From the NCBI GenBank assembly GCA_964016885.1, contig OZ024743.1, positions 107,136,001 to 107,200,000 of the forward strand: a DNA stretch of 64,000 nt, in the 5' to 3' direction. How positions within the stretch are numbered: the stretch's first letter is position 1; every line of letters starts with the position of its first letter. Under the pieces are notes generated by a model that saw only the letters and a list, made by a program, of their open reading frames with translations, had not been told where the DNA came from and did not search any database. The position numbers and the translations under genes were made by a program. Below, piece by piece: positions 1-14,784 of the stretch. The stretch comes from Eledone cirrhosa. Its lineage: Eukaryota.

Positions 1-1149
1 TCAAGCTAGTTAGCTATGCTTCAGGCGAAAGGTACTCATTACATTCCAGATAGCGGCCATTGTCTTTCTGTATATCCATACTCCTGGCCTACATTGCAAA
101 TAGCATACCATTACCATATTGTTGTCTCATTTGTCCATTCAACAATTTTTCCGTTAACAGTCTCCTGAAGACAAGCGAGCCCATCCTGCTGATCAATGGA
201 ACGCGTGCCACACGACTTTCACCTTATGTTCCACTCCCAATTACGCCATTTTATATTTTTAATGTATTTGACATATTCACTCTTTTGAGGTGTTATGTTT
301 TAATGGTTTCTCTTCGCAGTATTTTCATTGACATCATCACTACATAGGTTGTCCTCCGTGATTTAAAGAGCCTCTATCTACTCTCATATAGAGGTTCTCG
401 AAATGGTATTTATCATGTTCCGTTTGGTTTCTCATCAGAGTTTCCGTCTCTTATAAGAATGCCGTAACACCAGTTGATTCCAACTATTACCGAGTACATA
501 TAGGTTTTCATAATTATGACTAAAGAGTCCCCATCTGCTCTAGTTTTGACATCATAGTGATCCATTTCCTAGACAGACTGCCACACAAGGCTGACTAATT
601 CTGTCAATACATATAACATATATTGCACACATACTTACAAACCTGTACACAAAAAAACATAAACACAAGCATATACATTTATTTATATACTTTAACACAA
701 AATTATTATATACATGTACATATACACATAAATGCACACATACATATAAACACATATGTACATATACATCAACATACAAATATACATATATATACATCGG
801 TACATACACCTATACATGTATTTACCATCTCACTCTACTTTTTATAGTTACAGCGGCGAACTTTATACAGTATGTATGTAGTAGCAGTTTAGAACGATTC
901 GTCTTGTATTGCAACATGTTTTGCTCCTGAACAACGGTATGTCCAGTGTTGAAATAACATTTGTTTAGTTTACTTCACTGTCCTTTCAAAACGCTAGTGT
1001 ATAACGCTACAATCCATTCTCGAAATAACGTTTCTTTAAAATGTTTGCATCACTTTGAAATAAATCTTTCTTTAAATTGTTCTCAACAACGGTTCATACA
1101 ATAGTGAAATAACTTTTGCTTATGCTACTTCATTGATTGGAAATAAAGA

Positions 1150-3365
1150 AAAGGACTAACATGCAGCTATGAAGGAAGAGAAGGTTCCATGACAATGGTA
1201 CACAATTGAGGAAGGGTCTAAGCAAATCTAGGAATAGGAGTTTACAGAACATATGGAAAAAAGAAACACTGTAAAGACAATATCATTGGGAGAATAAGGG
1301 AAATAATATAGTGGTGGAGGGGATGTACAACGAATAAAAGTAAATACTGAAATACTAAAGAAATACGAAGAAAGTAATAAAACATTTATGTGCAATAAAC
1401 ACTTCCAAAATCAACCCCAAAAAGTTGTTTGAAAAGCTGGAAGGAATCAAAAGGAACAATGATATAAGGTCAGATGCAAGAGAAAGCATTGCTTTTTGGA
1501 ATATCATTTGAAGCAAATCTGTTCAATACGATACTAAAAAAAGCTTGGATATAGAAGGTTGAGAAACAGGCAAGCGGTGTACAGAAGCAAGAAAATATCA
1601 ATAGTGAAAGCTCAGTGAAAAACATGGTAAAATGGAAAGCAAATGGCCCAGATCATATAAATGGAAATTGGTTTAAAAAAATGCAGCAACTAATAGGAAG
1701 TAATTACTAAACAGTTATATGAAGTCTTGAGTTCTGGAGAAACACCAAAATGGAGCACTAAATGACACACATGGTGGGTACTGAAGGGTGAGAGTAAAAA
1801 GTAACGAAGTTTCAATTTTCAGACCAAATACATGCCTTCCATTTGTGTGAAAGCTTCTAGCAGGAACATTTACGCAGGAACTGTATACACACAAGAAGAG
1901 GAAAAAGCTTCTAATCGATGAGCAGAAGATATGTAGGCGTAATAGCAGAGGAATGAAAGATCAGATGATGATTGATAAATTGGCTATGAAGTACTGAAAA
2001 AAGCGGCTCGCCAATCAATGTCTTCCTTGGGTTCACTACAAGAAGATATAATACATGGCGAGGCATTGTTTGATTCTTCGATGTTTTAAGGTATTAGACA
2101 ACATAAAGATCCTTATAGAGAAATTAATGGCTTAAGGGGAAGATAATTGACCTCAGCTGGAGAACGTTTACGTGAAGTTTAAATAAAGTGTGGCATCTTC
2201 CAAGTAGATAGTCCATCACAAAATGTTGTATGCTGCTGCAATGATACCACTATCAGTTGTTCCGAAAAGCGGACACAATCATCTAGTATTCATGAATGAT
2301 CTAAAACTATACAGTCGTAATGTAGAAGTGCTGACACTTTAGTGCAAACAGCCAACTTAATTGTCGAAAACACTGGAATGGAATTTGATAGTTTAAAATG
2401 TGCGATGTTAGACATAACTCGGGAAAGTTGGTAAGGTGTGGTGATATTGAACTACCAAACGATGAAAGAATGAAGTCACAGGAAACAGATGAAGCATTTA
2501 AATATCTAGTAAAAAGCAAAAAAAAAAAATGAAAGAAATTGTCAGGAAAGATTACCTCCTTAGATTCAGTATGGTCTTTAAGTCCAGTTTGAACCCGGGA
2601 CATACGGTGCACGTAATAAATGCCAGAGCTGTTTTAATAATTAGGAATGGTACACGTGTAATAGAAGGGATGAAAGTAGAGTTGAAGGAAATTGGTTGAA
2701 AAACTAGGAAAATGCTCACTATTAATCGAAGTATGTACACATTGGAATTGCTAAGTGTACAGAAAAAGGCTTCTCATAGAGTTCGTCAGAGAACGCTTAA
2801 TTGTGAATAATGGAGACCCAAAGAATGCAACCTCTGTGATTGCTGAAAAGCACATGAAAGCGTTTGATGAATAGTCCCTGCATTCAGCCTTCTTTAAAAA
2901 CAAAAACAAAAAAAAAACACTAAACTTAGTTATGCATATTGGAAGGCTATCTTAAGAAAGAAATTTAAGGACTTATATTAGCAGTACAAGATCAAGACAT
3001 AAGAACAAGAGAAGGCTTGAGAATGTCAAGATAAAGCTATCATGGGATTTCCCAATACTGATGTTGGTGTGGATTGGGCACAACAAACAATATTATCGTA
3101 ATTGATAGAGAGAACCTGGACGTTCATAGATGTAGTCTATCCTGTTGAAACCATAATTAAGGAGAAAATAGAGGCTTATATAGACCTAAATTTTGCGATC
3201 TTGAAATGTTGGAAGTAACAACAGTCAATATTGTTTGGTGGTCTTGGCATGGTGACAAAGCACCTTGAGAATTGCCTCTCGAAGATAGACTTTAAACCAG
3301 GGACTAAACCGCTTCAGAAGTCTACAAGGTGGCACTCGTGTATTGAGAAAGGATCTGGACTACAA
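1150..3365 (+). mobile_element. Decayed R4/Dong-like (RLE-type) non-LTR retrotransposon
   Basis: Ordered, frameshifted RT motifs: WKANGPDHINGNWFKK (~1633), SNFRPNTCLPF (~1812), EQKICRRNSRGMKDQMMIDK (~1920), IKCGIFQVDSPS (~2183), NHLVFMNDLKLY (~2277). A C-terminal RLE-like GGLGMVTKHLENCL follows (~3237). Boundaries are approximate. Confidence 0.8.
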
Positions 3366-3599
3366 ATAATAGCTAGATAATGAGGAAGGATATAAGAAGT
3401 TTGGAGTTAACATCAAATTTATGTATTGATAGACAGCATAGTAGTAATAAGAAATAATAATGATACATGAATGAATATAAATAGGAATAGCAATAGGGAG
3501 AAAGAAAATATGATAGGACTGTAAATGTTAATTTACTAGGATAATATGCCATCCCTTATTACGATGATACGCACAAAACAATGGTCTCTTAAGATATTC

Positions 3600-3730
3600 C
3601 GAGTCGGACAATTGCTTAGCGGTATTTGTTCCGGCTCTATTTATTGTGAGTTTCAATCCCGCTGCTGTCAACTTTGTATTTCATCCATCGAGTTTAGATA
3701 TTATCGAGATTGACTTCCCAAAAATTACTG
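3600..3730 (+). mobile_element. Diverged fragment of the major tRNA-derived SINE
   Basis: gagtttcaatcccgctgctgtcaactttgtatttcatcc matches the B-box and core of the intact copies at 9992, 23176 and 42255. Confidence 0.6.
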
Positions 3731-5229
3731 AAATTTAACTTCAATTAAATACTGTTATTAGTTAAATTAGAAATAATTATTTTCCGTCACTCTAGAACAC
3801 ATTATAATAGTCACATTTAGCATACTTATACTCCCAAAGTTCACCCACATTTCAGAATATTTACTGGAGAGTATCGCTTCTTACTTTTTTTCACTTTGCA
3901 CATCAAGTACTACTTGATGTGGTTATTGATGACTTGACTCAAGTGGAAAAGCTCTCTTCCCATCATTTTAAACGCAGCCATCACTGCACATCCATCTCCA
4001 TAAATAGAAGCGAAGATTGTGTACCCGCTTCTTCTTACCTAAAAACATATGATGACCACATGTTCACAATAGACACCAGTAGTGATCGGATCTTTTCTAC
4101 ACTTGATAACGGTTGATTGACATGAATTCACACTTTAGTAATACATGAACTTTGAATGATTGTGTGTGTTTGGCTTTCGTCAACCTACCGCCATCCGTAT
4201 TTGGGGTGACACATTCATGACAATAGTTCTAATGTATATTCAACTTCAGGAGCCCTTCTAAACAAATAACGTTTGTAAATTTGTCATAATCCTAGACCTG
4301 AAAGTTACACAGACTAGGCTGCACGCAATATCACCATTGATGATCATCCTTAATGCAAGGCTATAATGAATCCTGCTGAACATTAGATCGCTTTTTAAAA
4401 GCGAGGGATGTCATAGTACAAACAACGTGGGATGAGGAGGACGAAATGGAGGGGGAGGGGATTATGAGGAGTTGGAAGAGGAGGAGGAGGAGAAGAAGAA
4501 GAAAGAAGAAGAAGAAGAAGAAGAAGTAAGAAGAAGAAGAAGTTAACAAACATTACAAACATAACAAATAGAGTATGATATACATGAGATAAAATAATGT
4601 AGGATCTCATATATGTAATACAGTGAGTTGGAAATCTTCGATTAGTTGTGGTAAACGCAGTTAAAAGTTTTTACAACTTATTATATTACATATGTAAGAC
4701 ACCACACTACTATTTATTAATATTTTTCGTATTATACAGAAAGCTGCTCTGAGGTATTTTATATTCACCAAATCGTTGATATACCTCAGATACACACCGA
4801 ACATGAATTGATTGTTGTTTTTTATTCATTTTGTTTTTATTGACGTAGTTTTACCGATTTTGTTTTCTTTTTACCAAAAAATGCCCATGGCATGGTTTTG
4901 GAAAGATTCTTGTTTTATGATCTCTCCTACCTACATGTTATATTCACTTATGGCCTGTGGGGTTAGCTCTACATGGAATGGTTGGATAAATTTACTATCT
5001 TATACGACACACTGACGCTATGCTGCGGCTCAAACAAAAGGGGATTTAATATACATTTATTATATGTATGTTTGATGTTTGTTTGTTTGTGTATCTTGTG
5101 AAATCTTATGGGGGCCTCTACAACTATAAAGTATTAGGTTACAAAGAACGTTTTCACATGTTTTCCTGTTTATATTTTATTATATTTGCTTCCTTTCTGC
5201 GTCTCTTGGCAGCATAGATACACGTAAAT

Positions 5230-5650
<421 letters not shown>

Positions 5651-6405
5651 ACGCGTATCTGCGTCAGTTTTGTTTTACTATCTGGACATATAATGATTTC
5701 CGAGATAATACGCGAAAGACACCATAAAACCTGTTTGTATATCGTAAGAATATTATTTATTCGTGGAACTAATTTTTTTTCTTTTTATTTCCATTCTATT
5801 TCTTTAGTTTAATTTGTATTTGTTGTTTAAACAGTTTACCAAATACAATCTAACTTCCAATGAAAACTACGTCATCACTAAGAAAAAAATGACTAACAAA
5901 AACATTAGGAAACTTCCTGTGCGGTAAATGTTTAGTATTTCATTTTGTTTCATCTTTTCACCGTATTTTAATTCATCTATCTATGTATTTATTTATTTAT
6001 CTATTTATTTATTATACTGTTACTATGTTTTTACTGCTCATTCGTATGCTCTTTTCCGCCGAGAAACTGGTCTTGTATTCGTTTTTGGAGTTGGGGAATT
6101 TGTAGAGTAAAATACTAAAGAACAATACACGCGTTTACCTACTCCTTGCCCTGTCATCTCGATACAAGCAAGGAAGGAAATAATTTTCAGATGAAATAAT
6201 ATAAAAAGGCCCCGACACAGCGACAACCCTATAAATTGCTATGGAAATAAAGTAAACGTTATCTTTGTCATTACTTGTGTATTTCACCCACCCCCGCACA
6301 TAAAACACATGCACGCACGCACACTAACACAAACACAAACACACATACATACGCACCCACACAGTCACACACACACACACACACAGACAAATAGACACAC
6401 ACAGA

Positions 6406-6479
<74 letters not shown>

Positions 6480-7050
6480 ATATCCGGTATCACTCAGCAA
6501 AATGGAGTGCATTTCAGTGCGTATGTAAATCTATAGATAATCTAGCCAGCTATTCACATCTTAGCATTGCGTAAAATCATTGTTCACATCTTTCGGTTAA
6601 GGTACGGGGCTCTAAATTACACTTCTACTGTTTGTTTCAACATACAAATGTTGGTTATTATATGTGTCGTTACAATGGATAACAGCAAAACTATCAAGCG
6701 TAATGCAACTTTATGGGTAAAGCCGTCCATGTATGGGCAAAGTCAATCCCTCTTTTCTTCAATAATGTGTTGTATGTTATATTGCACCATCACAGCGTAT
6801 GCTAGTTAAGATCTGTCTAATCCTTACTCTAGCAAGTCTATTTGAATGCACTCCTTAATTTATCTCAACATTCATATGCCCCTCTACACCACAGACAAAT
6901 ACATATAGTCACACTCAATAGCAACATTTGAATTTCCATATCCTTCATAGAATATAACTTTCGTTTTGTTTGTACACATAGTCGAAAGCGCCCAAGCAAA
7001 TTGCACGAAAGATGAAACAGAAGTGCACATGTGAATATGTGTGTGTGTGG

Positions 7051-7121
<71 letters not shown>

Positions 7122-7671
7122 CGTCTGCGTGTCTTGGAGTATGAGCGTGTGTTAGAAATTGAATGAGTTTTGTTATAAATAAATTAAACTGATCATACAA
7201 TGCCGCATTATGCTTTAGCCTTATATAGAGCTAAAACTGAAATCTGTTTCGATCTGCAATAAATTCCTTGACAACATACATCATGCAACACACGATACAC
7301 TTGATTATAGAGGAAAATATGCATTGGTTAAACGGTCAACTTTTATCATTATTCTTGTCAGTAATTTGTTATAAATGCTATTGAACAATTATGAAACAGA
7401 GAATTCAATACGAATTATAAGAAATTATAGAAATATGCATTTACGGGACCTTATATCAATCGCATCACCTTTAAAAAATAACTTCTATGGGTGTATCAGT
7501 TTCAACGATGAGTGTTCAATTTTTTTGATGAATGGTACAGACTGCTCACGTTCGATGTAAATGGCGGAGAATCCACAGTTACATGTGTTCTTACCTATTA
7601 CCCAGTATTATTCAACGTGCTACGAGAAGGACTCTTTGAATTACATATGCAGGTCATACAGTTTCTGGTTG

Positions 7672-7985
7672 CCCAATTTCCCTCACCTGAAATGGGTTGA
7701 GTCAAAGCTATCGAAGATGACGACTGTTCAAGAAGCAAGGTTTCGTGTACAGAAATGTGTTGAGCCGAGGTTATGGAAAATGACATCTGCTCAAGAAGCA
7801 AGTTTTCACTCACCTCGAATGAGCTGAGCCTAGTCTATCGAAAACGACAGCTGCTCCAGAAGGAACGTGTCCCTTCCCTGGAATTGGTTAAGCCGAGGTT
7901 AGGGAAAAGAACATGCGCTTGAAATGCAACGATTTCCATTACAGGAACGGATTCAACCGTGGCTATGGAAAATGAAAGATCTGCA
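7672..7985. repeat. Degenerate ~63-bp tandem repeat (about 5 units)
   Basis: Recurring gttgagtcaaagctatcgaagatgac / gttgagccgaggttatggaaaatgac / gctgagcctagtctatcgaaaacgac / gttaagccgaggttagggaaaagaac / attcaaccgtggctatggaaaatgaa at ~63-64-bp spacing. Confidence 0.7.
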
Positions 7986-8289
7986 AGCTGCAATGCAGTG
8001 GATCGATCTCAGATTTTACTGATTGTGAAGTAAACTCCTTAGGCATTCAGATATACTACGTCCACATGATATAATAATATACATAGACATATAACAAAAC
8101 GTTAAAAAGTATATCTTCGGAATACCATGAACATGTAAATAATCCGTAAAGGAATGGCCTTTTGAATGTTGGTACTATAAAAAATAATACATATATATAT
8201 ATATCGACAGTCGATCGACTTTCGTCGAATCGGACCGAGGAAACAATGTTTCCATTGGTCTTTCCAATTGCTAATACTATCTATCGGTC

Positions 8290-8422
8290 GCAACTCCAGG
8301 TAGAAGGAGCAACGTGAAATAAAGTGTCTTGCTGAAGGACATAACGCATCGCCTGGTCCGGGAATCGAACTCACAACCTCACAATTGCGAATCCAATTCT
8401 CAAACCACTCATCCACGCGCCT
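8290..8422 (-). mobile_element. tRNA-derived SINE, family 2 (5' part)
   Basis: Minus strand reads aggcgcgtggatgagtgg (A box), gagttcgattcccgg (B box), then tgtccttcagcaagacacttt (resembles the Meta/V-type SINE core). Confidence 0.75.
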
Positions 8423-8500
8423 ATATATATATATACATATAAAGATACATATATACATATATATATAAGTATATAAAGATACATATATACACACACACAC

Positions 8501-8690
<190 letters not shown>

Positions 8691-9991
8691 GTATCTCTCT
8701 CTCTCGCTATATATATATCTTTAGGTTTGTTGGTTCGCCACTGGATAGAACTGGTCATTCGGTATGGTCAATCTTGGTGTAATTTTGCGAAGAGCACTCA
8801 ACGCAGTGCAGTTCACCCATCTTCGTTTGTGTAGTTTGTGGTGCGAATACGGAGTTAATTATAAATTAAATAAAATAACAGGAGGCTGGACTGGTGTAAA
8901 TCCTTGAAAGGTTTAGTATACTATGATCATTTCAATGACCGGGTTCCATATGAATCCGGTGATATCATCAGGTATTGGAATATAACAATGGAATATGTAA
9001 AAAACCATGGGTCCGAAAAATCAGAGACAGAGACAAAGAGGACGACTGACCAACTAGCTGCTCGGCCAGTCGCCCTCAAAGTGGTGGCAACTGAATCTAC
9101 TAATGAACATCTGGTGAGGGGGCGAAGGCTTATAATGCACTACCACCACTCTGTCAAAGCAAAAGGGGAGAGAAAGAAAGGGAGAAAGAGGTCAGTGTAT
9201 GGGTCACACTACATTCATGCTAGAAAATGCTGCGAAGAAATGCTTCTCCAAAGAATCTATAATGGGTGTCTGTATGGACCGAAGATTGGAATGTTAAACT
9301 TATGTTGCGAGTTATAGGATGAAATTAAATTAAATTAAAAATATTAAATTGCAAAATGATAAATTGAAAAATAAGTTATTAGAGAATTAAAGGTTAAGGT
9401 AGCGAGATTTATTTATTTAATGAACTAACGGAGTGAGTCATGATACAGCTAATAGTTATGCCTAAACCTGGTGTTTATAAGTATAAGTATAATGTGGCGA
9501 CCAAAACAGGCGACGCGGTGGGACTGGGACAAACCTCCGCTCCGAGTAATTTTGTTTACCGAAAGAGGAGAAATTTTTCCGAGCACTCAAGGAAGGCTGA
9601 ACATTCCGAGTGCCCAGCGCGCAGCCGGGAAAAGCCACCACACGAGTCGAAGGTAGCAACCCAATGAAAAGTGCAAATAGATCAAAATGATTTTAAAGTC
9701 CCAGTTAGTTCGGGTTATAAGTAGTGTGGTTCTTAGGTGCGTAGAGGGCTATGAAAGGTGCATAATGACCTGAGTAAGGAAAGTTACAAAAAAATAATTG
9801 TTTCTACTTTAGGCACAAGGCCATCAATTACCCAGTGCATTACTGGTAAAAAAATAATAATAGCAGCATACAAAGATGAAATACAAATATAAAGATAGAA
9901 TACATTGATAAAAATACATTAATAAAATAATAAAAAAAATAATAAAATAATAAAATAATAAAAAAATATACATAAATGAAATAATTAAAAA

Positions 9992-10177
9992 AATAACTGT
10001 TTCTACTTAGGCACAAGGCCAGCAATTACACAGTACATTACTGGTACTTTATTTTATCGACCCCGTAAGGATGAAAGGCAAAGTTAACCTCGGCGGGATT
10101 TGAACTCAAACTGTAAAGGGACGTAACTATGCTAGAAAACATGGCGTCCAACCCTCTACCGATACTGCCAATTCACC
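9992..10177 (-). mobile_element. tRNA-derived SINE, family 1 (Nin/Deu-like core)
   Basis: Minus strand: tggcagtatcgg (A box), gagttcaaatccc (B box), gcctttcatccttacggggtcgataaaataaagtacc core, AAT-rich tail. Multiple near-identical copies in the window. Confidence 0.85.
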
Positions 10178-11165
10178 AAGAATCAATATAGATCAAATTG
10201 TAGTAAGATAACACAGGTTGTACATATAGATCTAGGTATAGAGGATGGAGGAGATGGAATGGTAACATGTTGTACCTAGTGTAAAGTTCGGGTCTCCACT
10301 TTCAGTGTGAGTCAAAAAAAGTCCTGTGGTATAGAGTAGAGAATTCAGTCAATACAATACATGTTTTAGTATAATACGTAGAGTTTTGTCGGAATCGGAA
10401 TCATCCCAACAAGGATGTAGTATCAGGTGGCGGTAGATAAGGCGCAGAGCAGTCAAAATCCGAATGGTAAGTAAATCAGTTATTCACATGCTGGAAATAG
10501 CTGTACACTGAAGTCAGTGCCGCTGTTCAATATTACATTTTGAAGTGCTCAACATTATTGGAGCATTATTTTATATATATATATATATATATAGTTTTGC
10601 GAGGTTTTTTATATGAAATCGTGTGTCGAAACAGATATTGTTATATTTGGGGAGGGTCATATTTGCGTAATATTGCCAGAATTAATAACAGAACACACTC
10701 ACTGTTTGGTTGGTTTTCGCTTCTCGCTGTCTTTTATATATATATATCTGCGATCTAACTTACTCGGTCCTCAATGTTGCCATTGACTGACCGGCGGTCA
10801 AAAATAATACAGATACAATATAGACAAACACATATATATATAGTTTACATAATTTACATAAATCTTTCGTTGCACATCTGCAACATCGTCAGTGGTGTTA
10901 TATTCATTGTTCCTCCTGTTGTGTTGTATGTCTACGCCATTTTTTTTTGTTCAGTCTGTCTATATATTTATTTATTTATTTGCTTGTTTGTTTATCTTAT
11001 TTTATTTTGTCTTCTTTGCGCATGCGTTTGCGTGTGTGTATAGTGTTATGTGTGATGTGTGACTAGTGTGTATAGTGTTGTGTCTGCTGGGTGACTAGTG
11101 TGTGTTTATGTGCTTGTGTATGTATTTATTTATCTTATTTTATTTTATTTAATTTACTTATTTAT

Positions 11166-14100
11166 TTATACTTCTCTTAGGTCCGTGTTGTTTGTTTGGG
11201 TGTTGTTGTTGTTCCACTCATTCTTTCTGTTTAGCTTTGGTCTTCTAATTTCTATTTCACTGGCCTCTCTGATTTGCCTATCTGCTGGGTCATTCCTATG
11301 TTTAGATATTATTCTAATTTCTATGTTGTCTATGTTACCGTCATGTTGTTGTCTAGCATGTTCGTATAGTACTGACCCGTTTTTTCGTCCTTTTAGTTCC
11401 CCCCAGTGTTGGTCTATCCATTCACCTATGCTACGAGCTGTCTCACCTATGTATGTTGTTGTCGTGTTTCTGCAAGTACCCTCTGTACATCTTATGCTAT
11501 AGACTACGTTTCTAGTTTTACAGTTTATCCGGGGGTTCACCTTACATATGATACATTTCCTATTGGTACAGTGGGTTTTCTTAAAAGGGAAGGTTTTGCT
11601 GATCAGGGATTTTATGGTGGTTCCTGGCTTTTCTACCACCTTTATTTTTAAGTGGGTCTTTCTCAGGGCCTTTCTACACTGGTTAGCTAATTTCCCTCCA
11701 GGGGTGGCGTCCACAAACATGACACTCTGATATCTCTGGTTGTCGTACCATGATGTGGCCTTCCCTATCTTATGTCTAGCCCTATCTAAGCTATTCCATG
11801 ATTTGCTCCTGTATAGTGGGCAAATTCCTTTCATGTCCAGTTCTATGAGGGTCTTATACTTTTCCATGGCTCCTTCGTATACTCTGACTCTGTCTCTTTG
11901 GTTGTAGCCAGAGAACTGCATGCGGTTGATGAAGTGTTGGATGTGTCCTTCCATTTCTGTTGGGTCGCACATGCTGGACACATTCTTCATCACTCGTACC
12001 AAATCTGCGATCAGAATATTAAACTTAGCACTACTGGACATTGCTGAGTTTTTGAGTATCAGGTATTTGGAGGCCATGGGTTTAGCATAGTGTGAGTGGA
12101 GAATTTGGGCTCTCTCGTCTATAGTGTTAATCCAGAGTTCTGTGTCTAATACAGGTAGTCTATTGTTAGGGTGTTTGGAAGGGAAGTCTATAGTTACAGT
12201 TATACTCTGGTGTATGGAATTAGCTATCTGCTGGATGCTTTCCATCGTGCTACGTTCTAAATCAAACTTGTTAGTGCTCTCTAGTGGGGGTGTTCTTATA
12301 ACTATATTGATATCGTCTACATAACGAGAGTACATGATGAGGTCTATGGAGCTTTCATTAAGGAGATCTTTAAGTCTCCTTTCCCACCATACCATGAAAA
12401 GGTTGGCAACATCACCAGCTATGCTGACGCCGATGGCTGCTCCCTCATTTTGGGTGTAGATTTTCTCATTGAACTTAAATATGTGGCCCTTTAGGGTAGT
12501 TTTGATACTAGCCCCTATTGCATGTGCGACCATTTTTCTTACCTGATCAGTGTTTTGGGGGGTCCGTATAGCTTTGGTCCACCCAATCCACCTTCCTATG
12601 GGAGTCTTTTTAGCCATTGAGGTTATGGTGGGGGGTCTACCTCTTATAGGTCTACTAGGGCAGAAACATCTAAGGTCATGGCTGTCTAGGTAGTCAGTGT
12701 CGTAGGTAAGTCTAAGTAGGAGGCCCAGTTCGTCTGTGTCGACGTCGCAGAACTCCACCTCACTCTCAATGATCATCTCCACACATCTTTTCACAGCAAA
12801 ATCAATGTTAATGGATGGGTACAGTGACACCACATCCATGCTGCCTATTATGCAGTTGGATAGGCTCCTGTTTTTGTTGCACTCACTGATTCTGCTGAGG
12901 AGGTCCTCTGTACTTTCACATACATCTGGGGACATTTTGATTATGGGGCGTATAACCATTGAGAGGAAGTAGGAGATCCTGTAGTTGCTAGCTATATTAG
13001 CTCCGCATACGGGTCTTGTTGGTGGTCCTGTTGTCGGGTCGTCGACTGTCTTGTGGTCTTTGCGGAGCCCATACAAGGGTGGTATGCCATTGTTAGACGC
13101 CTGGAAGTTGTTGGCAGTGCGTCTGCTTGGCTTTAGGATGTCAGTCCACATCATCATGTGAGCGTTGAGGATTTTTTCTCTCCCATCGTGTGTTAGTTGT
13201 GCAACTTCGCTCGTGTTGGCATTGTCTCGATGTAGTTCGGCATGCTATCTATTGACATCCTACCAGACTTATCTGTGGGTAGACACACTACCTCACCATC
13301 CCTTGTGCGCTGCTTGAGGCTAACCAAGCCTTCTACAGGTTTTATCCCAAGTTGTTGGGCCTCTGGTCTGCTCTGTCTCATAGTGTACCTGTCTATTACT
13401 TGTCTAATCTTATTTCTAGCTATGGTGAACTGTGCCTCCGTCTCGTCATCTATTTGCTGTGGTATGCAAACTCTTTTATTAAAGGGTAACCTCGTAGGAT
13501 AGATATTACCCATCTTATATGTTTTGTCAGCTGGGTTGAAAAATAGTTTCTCTAAGGGGTTGTCGTTATTTCTATCGTCATAGTTGTGTGTGTTGCTATT
13601 ATTGTTATCATGGTGGTTGTTGTTGTTTCTATCATTAGCATTAATATTATTATTGTTATGATTGCTAGATGTATTGTTGTTTACTTCACCGTTATTGTTG
13701 TTGTTGTTACTGCTATTTCTACCATTGTGGTTGTTACTATTATTATGTTTCTTGTTTTTGTTGATGTTGCTACATGTACTATTTCCATTATTACCACTGT
13801 GGTTATTGTTGTTGTTGTTGTTCGTATTGTTACCGTTATTACTACTGTGGTCACTGTTGCTGTGTCTGTGGTTAACGTTTCTATTATTATTATTATTGTG
13901 GTTGTTGTTGTTCTGTCTATCGCTAGTATTATTACCATTATCACTATTTCTCACTTTCCTGCCATTGTTATGGTTATGGCTGTTATTTCTATACCCAGAG
14001 TTATTGTTTATATTACTACTACCGTTATTATTGTTGTTGTTGTTTACCTTTGCATTCCAACGTATTTTGTGAAACACTTTTCCAGCTCCGTTTTGCATTC

Positions 14101-14784
14101 CATAGGGTTAATCTTTTTGTAGATGGCAAATTTTGGTGGTAACTTTAGGATTTGTTGTTCTTGTTCACTGATTAAAGTGTTCCCATAGATATTTACTGTG
14201 TGGTCATTGGTAAATTCTTCCGGTAGTTTTACATCACTCATACGGATGTTGTCGATGTTATCTGGGTATTTTTGAGAATATTCGATTTTCCTTTCTTGTA
14301 GTTTTTTCTTATTCATCCATTCTAATTTCTTCTTGAAATGCCTACAGCATTCGTTTTGAGCATATTTCGTTTCGCGTCGGATGACGCTCATGAAGTCATC
14401 TCTCTCGTTTGCTGTGATGAGATTTCGGATTTCCTTACCGTTGATGCGTTTTTGTCTGTAGAGTGCGTTGACTTTTGTGTATGTTGTTCTTTTCATATTA
14501 ACTGTTATTGTGTGTTTTAGCCGTTCAGCTTGTGTTTTGTTCAATAATAAATTATTTACTTGTTTTGATATGTTTGTTGTGTATGTTTTGGAGGAAACAC
14601 AGTGTTTTAAGAAGCGGATTTGTTCTGTTGTTATTGTAGTTTTTATATAACAGAAAACAGTGTCTTTCAATAACCTTTCAGCTTGGCACAAGCTAATGCC
14701 ATAGCGGCGATGAATTAGTTTTGCGAGGTTTTTTATATGAAATCGTGTGTCGAAACAGATATTGTTATATTTGGGGAGGGTCAT
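11166..14784 (-). pseudogene. PLE polyprotein (N-terminal region, Asn-rich insert, reverse transcriptase, C-terminal GIY-YIG endonuclease) split by two frameshifts
   Basis: ORFs 14044-14784, 13193-14098 and 11166-13157 are collinear. Motifs: LYGLRKDHK, RPVCG, SMDVVSLYPSI, YSRYVDDI, LPVLD, CxxxxCxxC linker, NVVYSIRC...YIGETARS. Frameshifts lie near 14065 and 13215. Confidence 0.92.

Noticed and set aside
1-520. Possible second R4-like LINE remnant on the minus strand
   Set aside because: Only vague motif resemblance (LYMRVDRG, GMLFAM); too decayed to support a call.
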